This document shows positions 18,822 to 27,655 of a DNA stretch of 64,000 nt, piece after piece. Location of the stretch: NCBI GenBank assembly GCA_020346325.1, contig CP070782.1, positions 1,946,361 through 2,010,360 of the forward strand, in the 5' to 3' direction. This DNA is from Phycisphaerales bacterium. GTDB lineage: Bacteria; Planctomycetota; Phycisphaerae; Sedimentisphaerales; Anaerobacaceae. The translations under genes and the position numbers were made by a program. The notes under the pieces were generated by a model, which did no database searches, was not told the DNA's origin, and worked only from the letters and a program-made list of their open reading frames with translations. The stretch's first letter is position 1. Every line of letters begins with the position of its first letter.

Positions 18822-19862
18822 TCAGGGCGTCCCAGGGGCCGCTGTCTCTTGTTCCTCGAACACCAGCGCCAGGGCCCTGCGGTAGTGCGCCACCGCTTCG
18901 TCCATATCACCTTTAGCTTGAAACACCTGACCCAATTCATAAAGGGCACGCGGGGATTTCAGATTGAGCTTCAACGATTCAGTAAGGAGGGACTGGGCAA
19001 TGTCCAGTTCTCCCATCCGGCGCCGGGCCCAACCGCAGATCAGCAGGGCCCGCCCTTTTTCCCGATCGGTTTTGGCCTGCACCTGACCGGCAATCTCCAG
19101 GGCGGCCTCATGCTCGCCGGCCCGACACAGCAGTTCGCCCAGTTCGAAGACTACGTCAGCGGTATTGGGATCCAGCGCCCGCGCCTTCTTGAACTCTGCA
19201 ATGGCCATGTCAAATCGTCCGCGCGCCGCCAGAGACCGAGCCATCTGGGCGTGCCGTTCGAAGCGGGCCCGGCTGGAGGCATTCTTCAAGGTCTCCACGG
19301 GCACAGATCCGTCCGCGCCGCCGGCCCTGATGCCGAGGGCCTGTGCCAGCCGGGAGCGGAAGTTGGGAATGAAATCATACCCATACCCAGCCTTGGCCCA
19401 ACGGACTTTGTGGTCGGCCCCCACGACCACCGCCGTCGGGGCGGCAATCACGCCGAGTTTGCCCCATAGCTCAAATGTCGGATCGAGCAGCACCGGGAAC
19501 GAAGCGTGACCGTCGGGGTCGAGCGTCTGTAAAGATTCCTTCGCTCCAGGGCCACTCATGACGCCTACGCAGTCGAAGCGGTTGCCGCTGGCCTTGAGTT
19601 CCTTGACCACCGTCTCCAGATCATCTGCGATACGTGTGAAGTGGTCCTGTCCGGTCTTCAGAAAGACGACCCCGAGAACACCATCATGGTTCGCATCGTA
19701 AACGAAGCGCTTGCCATCAGCGGCCGACAGAGAGAACGCCGGCATGGGTTCGCCAGCCCGGATGCGACGAAGCCCCTCCTGGCCCGGCAGCGAACCGGCG
19801 ACCACAAGACCCAGGACTATGACGGCACACCATACGAGCCGGCGGTATTGCAGCACTGACAT
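18822..19862 (-). CDS. Redoxin-fold + TPR periplasmic protein
   Basis: GEPMPAFSLSAADG, FPVLLD, GVIAAPTAVVVG (redoxin fold lacking CxxC), followed by TPR repeats. Confidence 0.8.
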   Translation of the reverse strand: MSVLQYRRLVWCAVIVLGLVVAGSLPGQEGLRRIRAGEPMPAFSLSAADGKRFVYDANHDGVLGVVFLKTGQDHFTRIADDLETVVKELKASGNRFDCVGVMSGPGAKESLQTLDPDGHASFPVLLDPTFELWGKLGVIAAPTAVVVGADHKVRWAKAGYGYDFIPNFRSRLAQALGIRAGGADGSVPVETLKNASSRARFERHAQMARSLAARGRFDMAIAEFKKARALDPNTADVVFELGELLCRAGEHEAALEIAGQVQAKTDREKGRALLICGWARRRMGELDIAQSLLTESLKLNLKSPRALYELGQVFQAKGDMDEAVAHYRRALALVFEEQETAAPGTP

Positions 19863-19918
19863 GAGAGCACTCCCTTCGTCAGACTTTCCTGTTCATTCCA
19901 TCGATCGGCACTGGCATT

Positions 19919-21262
19919 TCACTGGACCTCATAGGTGACCGGCGTTTGGCGATCGTAGGCCAGGGGCAAATGGCATCCAGGCTGACAGCCGCCCCCGGTT
20001 TCGGTCTTATGGAACTGGATCGGCAGGTCCCAGGCCCCATAAGGGACACTCTCGCGTATATGCTTGGGCAAATCGCTGGCGTGGGTGGCATGGCACGAGC
20101 GACACGTCCGACCCCGGTCCTCTTTGTTCACATGCACATAATGCAGGTTGCGGTCGCCATTGCGGAAATCCGTCAGTTCGGTCGTGCGCTCCGTCAGCAC
20201 GAGACTGTCCGGATGGCAATTGAAGCACAGGGCGTAGTTGTCCACGCTGAACGGGGCGTAGAACAGACGCGGATAGTCTTTGATCAGGAGGCGGAAGTGG
20301 TCGCTGCCGTGCGTGGAATGGCAGCCTTCGCAATCCTTCTGAGCGACAGGACCATGCAGAAAGGCCTTGCCCTCGATCTGGGCGGTAAACGAAGGAATGA
20401 CCTCGTCGTTCTCGGCCGCCACGGGTTCGTCATGGCACGACGCACACAGGGACATCGGCGCCGCCTTCAAGGAGAACTGCACTGTTGACGCATGGGGCGT
20501 ATGACAGTGCAGACATCCATCCTTCTCGGTCACCGCCGTGTGCGTGTGAGCGGAGTTCTCCCCCACCTGTTGAATATCTTCGTGACAGCTATAGCACAAT
20601 TCCGGGGGGTCGGCCTTGACCATCTTCCAGTTGTTCGCGCCGTGCGGGTTGTGGCAGCCGACGCAATCGTTCTGGGCCGGCTCGTGCACAAATTCGAATT
20701 TCGTCAGCTCTTCCTTCGTGATGACGTGACATGAGAAGCAGAGATCGGTGGGCTCATCCAGCAGGAGATTCTCGTGATCGGCACTGTGCGAGGCATGACA
20801 GATGCTGCACTCGCCCACCGCCACCGGGCCGTGCGGGAACTTGACGTCCGTACCCGTCTCGTGGCACTTCTGACAGAGCTGTGCCGTCGTCGGTTCCAGC
20901 AGCAGAGCGCGATTCTCCCCGCTGTGCGGATCGTGGCACTGAGTGCAATCACCCGTCTTCAATGGCTCGTGGATATGTTGCTTCGTGGTCTGGTCCAGGT
21001 GGCAATATTCGCACAGGTCGTTGCCCTGCCTGGTCAGGTTGTAGGTATGGGCGTTGGGGTCCGCCTCGGCGTGACAGCTCTTGCAGTCCCCCAGACCGAC
21101 CGGGCCGTGCACGTAGGCCTGCTTGCTGTAATCGGTATGACATTCGGCCGTCACACATGTGGTCTGCGAAGAGGTCGGCCTCTCGACCGCTCCCACACCT
21201 GCCACGAACACCAGGCCCATGACGACGCCGATAACTCCCGTATATCTTTGGACGCGTACCAT
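19919..21262 (-). CDS. Periplasmic multiheme cytochrome c (13 CxxCH + 2 atypical), DmsE/MtrA-like paired-heme repeats
   Basis: Repeated H.P..(G)CxxCH.PH...L...LCxxCH units, signal peptide. Start at ATG 21262 after GAGGAG. Confidence 0.92.
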   Translation of the reverse strand: MVRVQRYTGVIGVVMGLVFVAGVGAVERPTSSQTTCVTAECHTDYSKQAYVHGPVGLGDCKSCHAEADPNAHTYNLTRQGNDLCEYCHLDQTTKQHIHEPLKTGDCTQCHDPHSGENRALLLEPTTAQLCQKCHETGTDVKFPHGPVAVGECSICHASHSADHENLLLDEPTDLCFSCHVITKEELTKFEFVHEPAQNDCVGCHNPHGANNWKMVKADPPELCYSCHEDIQQVGENSAHTHTAVTEKDGCLHCHTPHASTVQFSLKAAPMSLCASCHDEPVAAENDEVIPSFTAQIEGKAFLHGPVAQKDCEGCHSTHGSDHFRLLIKDYPRLFYAPFSVDNYALCFNCHPDSLVLTERTTELTDFRNGDRNLHYVHVNKEDRGRTCRSCHATHASDLPKHIRESVPYGAWDLPIQFHKTETGGGCQPGCHLPLAYDRQTPVTYEVQ

Positions 21263-21367
21263 ATCACCCACTCCTCGCCTGTTGGCTGTACCGTTCATTC
21301 TCACTGCCATGATCGACCACACTCTCATCCAGCTGGTTCCGACATTCACCTGCCACACTGTCCATCG

Positions 21368-22519
21368 TCAGGGAACGCGTCGGTAGAGCACGACCAGCGT
21401 TCCCGACCCCGTCTTGTGATGGTAAGGCTTGTTCTGTTCAAGCACGATTTCCTCTGTTGCCTCGCCGTGGGCAATCGTCGCCACCACCGCCGGATGAAGC
21501 AGCATGTCCGAGCCGTTCGTCCAGCGCGTCTCGATCGCAGCCCCGAACCGCACTTCTTCCACAGCGAAAGAATAGCGCTTGTCTTTGAACGGCAACCGTT
21601 GTCCCATTTCTACCGGCCTGATGGTCTTTTCTCCATCCTGCCAACGAAGCACCCTGGGTGAAAGTCCCTGCGCCACAGCCAGGAGATACTGCCCGGCTTG
21701 CGGCTCCACATGGAAATCCAGGAAGCGAACAGGGAAAGGCAACGACACGCGCTTGTGGGGCGACGACGGAAATTTCGACCAGAGCCACTGGTGATACTCC
21801 TGGTTCCCGTTTTCGATTCTGATCTCTACCGCGGGATTCACCGGTTTGTCCGACGCGCTGACGACCTCTTTCGTCTCGCGGTCGATCGAGTAATGCGGCA
21901 CGTACCGCAACGTGGAGATCTTCCACGGGGACCCGGGCAACGTGATGACCGCGCCGGACCTGACCGGACACGCCATCGGTGCCTCGGCGCCGGGCAGGGT
22001 AACAATCAAAGCCCCCACCGTTTCGAGCTCAGCCAGCCCCTCCAGGACTCCGGCACTGCTGGCTCCGGCCGGCAATTCGCGCATGGCCACGCCGCCAATG
22101 TGAGAGGAGATGGATTGCCTCGTCACATCCTGCGCACTGAGCCACAGATCCTGCTCCAGACCTTCGCCTCGGAAAGAGAGCTTCGCTACCGCTCTGCCGT
22201 TAGGGTCGTCGACCGCAACGGTTTCCTGTTTGAGATCGGGAATATACCGCTCGAGCTTCACCTTGATCGGCGTCCCCATCACCGGGATGGTCGCGTTGAG
22301 ATCCTGAGCCTTGTTCTCATCCGTCACCGTGACAGGCAAGCGCAGCGTCTGGCCCTCGTGGCCCATCTTGACCACGACCTCCCAAGGCCCTCCCAGAAAG
22401 CCGTGATGAGGACTCAGCGAGCGAGCCGAAACGCTGGCCGTCAGGACCGTCACCAGAAAGCCGACGACCAAGCTCATCCGCCCCATTGCCTCCCACGATT
22501 TGTGAACGGGAATACCCAT
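21368..22519 (-). CDS. Exported hypothetical protein (possibly ResB-like beta domain)
   Basis: Signal peptide, beta-rich, no heme motifs; tightly linked between cytochrome genes. Confidence 0.7.
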   Translation of the reverse strand: MGIPVHKSWEAMGRMSLVVGFLVTVLTASVSARSLSPHHGFLGGPWEVVVKMGHEGQTLRLPVTVTDENKAQDLNATIPVMGTPIKVKLERYIPDLKQETVAVDDPNGRAVAKLSFRGEGLEQDLWLSAQDVTRQSISSHIGGVAMRELPAGASSAGVLEGLAELETVGALIVTLPGAEAPMACPVRSGAVITLPGSPWKISTLRYVPHYSIDRETKEVVSASDKPVNPAVEIRIENGNQEYHQWLWSKFPSSPHKRVSLPFPVRFLDFHVEPQAGQYLLAVAQGLSPRVLRWQDGEKTIRPVEMGQRLPFKDKRYSFAVEEVRFGAAIETRWTNGSDMLLHPAVVATIAHGEATEEIVLEQNKPYHHKTGSGTLVVLYRRVP

Positions 22520-22521
22520 GA

Positions 22522-23916
22522 CTACCTTTCGCCGGAGACGATCTTCTCTGCTTCCAGAAGGAGCGTCTCGGTATACTTGAAATTGTGGACCCCCCAGCTC
22601 CCATCGGCTGCGATCGAGTCAAGCATCGAACGCGCCTGCTGAGCCCGCCGATGGTAATCCGCTGCTCGACTCGCGTCGGTTTGGGCCTGAGCCAGCGCCT
22701 CGAACTCCGTGACGCTGCGATTCACCCGTTCGTACACCGTCTTAATTCGGTCTTGCCAGTACGGCACATACTTCTGTCCGGTGCCCGGTTCGTGACAATT
22801 GTCGCAAGCAGCCGGCACCGCTCGGGCCACCGCCCCAAAGCTGTCGAGGGCGCCGGTCGTCCGGGCCGTGCGCTCGATGTGGCAGCCCGTACATTCGACA
22901 TGCGTCAGGAACATCGGACTGAGCACGCGATCCTCCTCATGGGGCCCACTGGGGAACTGCGTGCTGTAGAGCGTCCGCTGAACCTGATGCGTATCGCTGT
23001 GACAACTCCGACAATCCATCATCGCCGAGATCGAAGCCACTCGCGTCTGACCATGCAGCACCTCTCCATGACAGGAGAAACACTCGATCTTCTCACCGTG
23101 CGTGTGGCTGGCGTGCAGTTCCACGCTGTTGACATCCACCTCCATACCGAAATCGTGGCAGTTCAGACACACGGTGTCTTCGACCTGGCTGCTTTGGGCC
23201 ACTTCGCGTTTGTGACACGACTCCTCGCAACTGGCCTGATACGAAACGAACTCGCGGTGGTCGATCGTGACGAAACCACGTCGAATCACCTCGGATGGTA
23301 CCTCATGGCAACTGCGACAATCGGTCTGAACGAGCCGGCCGTCCGTCGTGTTACTGCCCAGGAAATGGCAAGCGAAACACGCGTTGTGGCTCACACTGAA
23401 ATGCTCGTTCCCTTCGAAATGGCTGTGACAGGTCCCACACGTGACATTCATGCCACCCACGACGGCGTCGATATGGTTCTTGTGTGTGAACTTGACGCCG
23501 TTATAGACCAGCGAATCGCTTTTCAGTTCGGCCGTGCTATGGCATTCCGAGCGCAAACACGAAGAGTCAACCACAGTGGCGCTCGGCTTGGTCCCGACAC
23601 GCCCGACGGCACAATCTACCGCCTGAGCCAGGCCGTTGATCTTGCCCATGATGTAGCCGGCGAAGCCCGGTTGGAGGTGGCAATCCAGACAGTTCACTTC
23701 GGCGTGCTCCGACTCTTGCCAACTGGCGTAGTAGTTGTTCATGATGTGGCAGGAATTGCAGAACCCGGTCTGGCCGGTCACGATGATGGCCCCCCCCGTC
23801 ATGACGGCAAAGACCGCCACCACCACGGCGATCCGCGCCCACCATCTCATGCGTCCTACCAAGTGAATTGCTGAACTGAACAATGCCCTCAGGCGTTTCG
23901 CCATGCCATGCCTCAT
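22522..23916 (-). CDS. NapC/NirT-family membrane-anchored multiheme cytochrome (10 CxxCH + CX4CH + CX3CH)
   Basis: TM helix then FCNSCHIM..YY.SW..S.H..V.CLDCH (NapC/NirT N-terminus), C-terminal GSWGVHN. ATGA overlap with the kinase stop. Confidence 0.9.
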   Translation of the reverse strand: MRHGMAKRLRALFSSAIHLVGRMRWWARIAVVVAVFAVMTGGAIIVTGQTGFCNSCHIMNNYYASWQESEHAEVNCLDCHLQPGFAGYIMGKINGLAQAVDCAVGRVGTKPSATVVDSSCLRSECHSTAELKSDSLVYNGVKFTHKNHIDAVVGGMNVTCGTCHSHFEGNEHFSVSHNACFACHFLGSNTTDGRLVQTDCRSCHEVPSEVIRRGFVTIDHREFVSYQASCEESCHKREVAQSSQVEDTVCLNCHDFGMEVDVNSVELHASHTHGEKIECFSCHGEVLHGQTRVASISAMMDCRSCHSDTHQVQRTLYSTQFPSGPHEEDRVLSPMFLTHVECTGCHIERTARTTGALDSFGAVARAVPAACDNCHEPGTGQKYVPYWQDRIKTVYERVNRSVTEFEALAQAQTDASRAADYHRRAQQARSMLDSIAADGSWGVHNFKYTETLLLEAEKIVSGER

Positions 23917-25283
23917 TTTACAGAAACGCGATGTCGATCGGTGGCAACCACCGACTCAGTGGCTCTGCGCGCCACGGCCCGGGGCAGGACAATGCGAAAC
24001 GTCGTGCCCGAACCTTCCGTGCTGAAAACACTGATACTCCCGTCATGTTGTTCGATCAGTTGCCTGGCCAAAGACAGTCCCAATCCTGTACCGTCGCGTT
24101 CCACCTGCCTGGCATTGCTGGCGCGATAAAACTCGTCGAAGATGCGGGGCAGTTCGGCCGCCGGCACACCGATGCCGGTATCGCAAATCTCCAACAGAGC
24201 CGAGTCTCCCTCTGCGCGAGCCTCGATCGAAATTGCCCCCCGTGCCGGCGTATATTTGATCGCGTTGAGCAGCAGGTTCGCAATCGTCTCCTCGATGGCG
24301 TCCCGATCCGCTCGTACCATCGGCGTCGAAGATGCCAAGGTGCCGGACAAATGGATCCCTTTGTCCTCGGCCCGTTTCCGTACGGTCTCGATGGCACTGC
24401 CTGCCGCATCGCCGAGAGAGAAGACGGTCATTTCCAGGCTGCTACCCAACTTCAACTTGGTCAGACGCAGGAGTATTCTAACAAAGGCGGTGAGCTTCTG
24501 CGTGCGCCGGTAGGCGCGGTCGACAAAGTCGGCCACCTGGCCACTGATCGGTCCGCCGATCGCCACGGCCAGGCATGTCTGTATCGCGGCCAGATGCCCC
24601 TTGATGTCATGCGTGAGCCGGGCTACGTATTCATCCTTGATCCGATCCTGCGCCCGGAGTAGGTCATTGGCCTGCGCCTGAGCACGCTCGGCGCGACGCA
24701 ATCGCACGGCGATGTAGCTGGCCATGTACACCACCAGGTACAAGCTGACCGCAAACGCAAAGAAGGTCCCCAGGACGTAAGACCCCTCCTGGTATTGGCA
24801 ATGCCTGACGAAACCGGTAAGGCAGTGATGTGCGATCTGCTGGCTGTACTCCAACGCCGCCAGGAGACCAAAGAGCAGCACCGCTAACGTCGCCTGCAGA
24901 TAGCTCTCCCAGACCGAAAGGAGGATGCTCGCGATAATCATGTGGAAGATGAAGAAGAAGGCCAGAGGATTCTCCACGCCCCCGGAGAAGTGCAGCAAGA
25001 CCGTAAGAACGATCAAATCGGCCGAGATCTGAAGATTGATCGTTCGCTTGACACTTCGCTCGCCGGGTGTGGCAGCCAAATGCCTTAGCAACACGAACAG
25101 AACGGCGTTGTAACCCAACAGCAACACGGCAATGCCATACAGGGCCCGCTCCTGTAGAGCGATGCCCAAGATACGCGCACACACGAACGTGCTGGCAGCC
25201 ACCGAAAGGGCCGCCAGCCAGCGCAACCGAATCAACCAGTGCGCACGCTGGACCAGGCTGTCGTCCGGAACCGCTGATGTCAT
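23913..25283 (-). CDS. Sensor histidine kinase with RegB-like membrane domain
   Basis: LIRLRW, FSGGVENP, H-box THDIKGHL, N-box NLLLNAIKYT, DTGIG, GTGLGL. Confidence 0.92.
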   Translation of the reverse strand: MTSAVPDDSLVQRAHWLIRLRWLAALSVAASTFVCARILGIALQERALYGIAVLLLGYNAVLFVLLRHLAATPGERSVKRTINLQISADLIVLTVLLHFSGGVENPLAFFFIFHMIIASILLSVWESYLQATLAVLLFGLLAALEYSQQIAHHCLTGFVRHCQYQEGSYVLGTFFAFAVSLYLVVYMASYIAVRLRRAERAQAQANDLLRAQDRIKDEYVARLTHDIKGHLAAIQTCLAVAIGGPISGQVADFVDRAYRRTQKLTAFVRILLRLTKLKLGSSLEMTVFSLGDAAGSAIETVRKRAEDKGIHLSGTLASSTPMVRADRDAIEETIANLLLNAIKYTPARGAISIEARAEGDSALLEICDTGIGVPAAELPRIFDEFYRASNARQVERDGTGLGLSLARQLIEQHDGSISVFSTEGSGTTFRIVLPRAVARRATESVVATDRHRVSVK

Positions 25284-25681
25284 GCCTGTGCGCCCTCTAA
25301 CAACTTCTCTATTTCCACCAACAATACGTCAGGCTCCACCGGCTTATCCAGGAAGCCGTCAACCGGCAGCCAATCGGGATCGCCCGCGGAAGATTTGACC
25401 GGCACGCCGGTTCTCTCCTCGACGGATGTCAGCATCAGGATCGGCGTCTGACGCAGTTGCTGATCCCGCTTGAGCTCCCGCGACATCTCAAAGCCATCGT
25501 GCCAGGTTTCCATCATGACATCGAGAATCAGCAGGTCCGGTTGGTCTGCTTTCATCTTCGCCATTCCCTCAGCACGACTGGTCGCGGTGGTCGCGTTATA
25601 GCCGGCGCCCTCAAGAATGGCCTTCAGCGAATCACAGAGGTCCACATCATCATCGACGATCAGGATTTTCCGCGCTTCCAT
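25280..25681 (-). CDS. Single-domain response regulator
   Basis: KILIVDDD, PDLLILDVMM, ILMLT, FLDKPV. Confidence 0.92.
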   Translation of the reverse strand: MEARKILIVDDDVDLCDSLKAILEGAGYNATTATSRAEGMAKMKADQPDLLILDVMMETWHDGFEMSRELKRDQQLRQTPILMLTSVEERTGVPVKSSAGDPDWLPVDGFLDKPVEPDVLLVEIEKLLEGAQA

Positions 25682-25685
25682 ATAT

Positions 25686-26738
25686 TCACCTCGCCAGAAT
25701 CTCGGATACAGACTCGCCTATGAAATCGGCCAACTGACAAAGACTCAGCTTCGCGTCGGACTCGGCCAGGGGCTCCAGCGCCTCTCTGGCCTGGTCCGTA
25801 TGAGACCTCACCTGGCGCTGTGCTCTGACGCCGGCCTCAGAGGAACGCAGGTCCCGCCGGATCCGATTCAGAAGTTTCGCGTCGACCGCGCTCGGCTGTA
25901 AGTGCCTCAGTTCGGCGCCGCGGCCCGCGCTCTTGAGCAAGAGGAGCAGCGGCAACGTCATATCCCCGGCCAGCAAATCCTGCGCCGGCTTCTTCCCCAG
26001 CAGCGTCTGATCACTCAACAAGTCCTTGCAGTCATCCAGGATCTGGAACGCGATGCCCAGGTGCAATCCGAACTGTCGCAGGCATTCTTGCGTCGCGTCG
26101 GCGGCCACCGCTGCCGCGGCGCCCGCGGCACAACAAGCGGCGAACAAGGCGGCCGTCTTCTTTTCGACCACCACCAGACAGTCCTGCTCGGACAGCGCCA
26201 GATTGCCCCGATTCAGCACCTGCAACATCTCGCCTTCACACATCGCGCACAGTGCCGACCCCAGGTGGGCGAACATCTGCGGATCTCCACATTCGGCCGT
26301 GAGATGGAAGGCGCCGGCGCAGAGATAATCACCCAGGGCCACCGACACGGCACCACCCCACCGAGCGTTGATGCTGGAACGATGGTGGCGGACGGGAGCG
26401 GCGTCGATGAAATCGTCGTGAACCAGAGAGGCCATGTGGATCAGTTCCATCGCGGCCGCGATCGGCACCGGGTCCCGAGGCGAGACCGGATGCCCGTTGT
26501 GTGACGCGTGGACCGCCCGACTCGAGAGCAGTACCAGGGCCGGCCGCAGCCGCTTGCCGGCCGAGCGCTCCAGGGACCGCACGACCTCGCGTACCGCAGT
26601 GTCGTGCGGGGCCTGCAAGCGGCGGTCGAGACATCGCCCAACCGCGCGCAGGTCAGCCTCAACCGGACGAAAGATCTGCCGGAGTCGCTGCTCGGCCACC
26701 CCCGAGGGATGCGTGTTGTCAGTCGATAGGATTGTCAT
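25686..26738 (-). CDS. Long-chain polyprenyl diphosphate synthase (quinone side chain)
   Basis: GKRLRP, FARM LVHDDFID, GEMLQ, KTA, SARM QILDDCKD, GK..AQDL. Start uncertain (26738 or 26771). Confidence 0.9.
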   Translation of the reverse strand: MTILSTDNTHPSGVAEQRLRQIFRPVEADLRAVGRCLDRRLQAPHDTAVREVVRSLERSAGKRLRPALVLLSSRAVHASHNGHPVSPRDPVPIAAAMELIHMASLVHDDFIDAAPVRHHRSSINARWGGAVSVALGDYLCAGAFHLTAECGDPQMFAHLGSALCAMCEGEMLQVLNRGNLALSEQDCLVVVEKKTAALFAACCAAGAAAAVAADATQECLRQFGLHLGIAFQILDDCKDLLSDQTLLGKKPAQDLLAGDMTLPLLLLLKSAGRGAELRHLQPSAVDAKLLNRIRRDLRSSEAGVRAQRQVRSHTDQAREALEPLAESDAKLSLCQLADFIGESVSEILAR

Positions 26739-26769
26739 TGTCTGCCTATCCGGATGGCCCCCTGGCCAC

Positions 26770-26807
26770 ACAATCGTTGTGCCGCGAGCATTGCGTCACC
26801 CGCGCCA
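26770..26807 (-). promoter_or_regulatory. Candidate sigma54 -24/-12 promoter(s) for the polyprenyl synthase-cytochrome transcript
   Basis: Minus-strand CGGCACAACGATTGT (26770-26784) and TGGCGCGGGTGACGCA (26792-26807), about 145-170 bp downstream of the nearer TTCYCA-N4-TGRGAA site. Confidence 0.4.
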
Positions 26808-26951
26808 TTGCCTGTCGATGGGGGCGCTTCGTGCGACAGCCACGCGGTACTGCCGCCCACCCCTGTCTCGTCCATGCTACTGCAACGCAGAACCTCGTTC
26901 AATGGATGTAAAGGCTCCTAAATAACCGAACATCCTTCTTGGCGCGTTGCT

Positions 26952-27074
26952 TTCTCAGATGTGGGAACCATCGCGTCTTCCGGATGGGCCAACCATCGAC
27001 GGCCTACCACGCGGCGTCGGAGTGAAGAATGGCCTACACCGACTGCGAGCGAACGTTGTTCTCACTTGTGAGAA
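26952..27074. promoter_or_regulatory. Two TTCYCA-N4-TGRGAA sites
   Basis: TTCTCA-GATG-TGGGAA at 26952-26967 and perfect TTCTCA-CTTG-TGAGAA at 27059-27074. Confidence 0.65.
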
Positions 27075-27114
27075 TGCCAGAAATTCTTTGCTTTACTGCA
27101 TCCAGGGCAGAGCC

Positions 27115-27582
27115 TCAGGCCCTACGCAGGTTCTCTTCCACATCGAAGTCGGGCATCTCATTGAACCGATGCTCCGGGTGGTTCCAGGCGGCCGTGGCCA
27201 CGCTCGTCTGGGCCAGCAACTCCCTGATCTTCTCCGCGGCACTGTTCCACTGGGCGTAAATGCGACAGTTCTCAGTGGTGCCCCCGCAGGCGCAGTGCCT
27301 CAGAGGGCAATCGCCAAACAATCGGCGACCTTCGAGCGTTTCGAATAAGTCGAGCAAGGTGACCTCCTCGGGGCCGCGCGCGAAAATGTAGCCGCGCTGG
27401 CGTCCGCGCACCGATCGGACGAAACCGGCCCGAGCCAGTTGCTGCAAGACCTTGGCCAGATAGCCGGCCGGCATGCCTTCGGCCCTGGCAATGGCCCCAC
27501 TCGTCACGGGCAGCTGGGTCATGTGCCTGACCATGTACATCAAGGCATGTAACGCATACGCCGAGGCTTGACTGACCTTCAC
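27115..27582 (-). CDS. Rrf2-family regulator with His12 and a four-Cys cluster
   Basis: GGAGG RBS, GTG start. YALHAL, YLAKVLQQLARAG.V.S.RG..GY, CPLRHCACGGTTENC. Confidence 0.9.
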   Translation of the reverse strand: MKVSQASAYALHALMYMVRHMTQLPVTSGAIARAEGMPAGYLAKVLQQLARAGFVRSVRGRQRGYIFARGPEEVTLLDLFETLEGRRLFGDCPLRHCACGGTTENCRIYAQWNSAAEKIRELLAQTSVATAAWNHPEHRFNEMPDFDVEENLRRA

Positions 27583-27655
27583 GTTCGAATCCTCCACAGT
27601 TGTCTGTCGGGAGCGTTCGGGCACCAGCACCAGGACCGAAGCTGCCTTCCGGATC

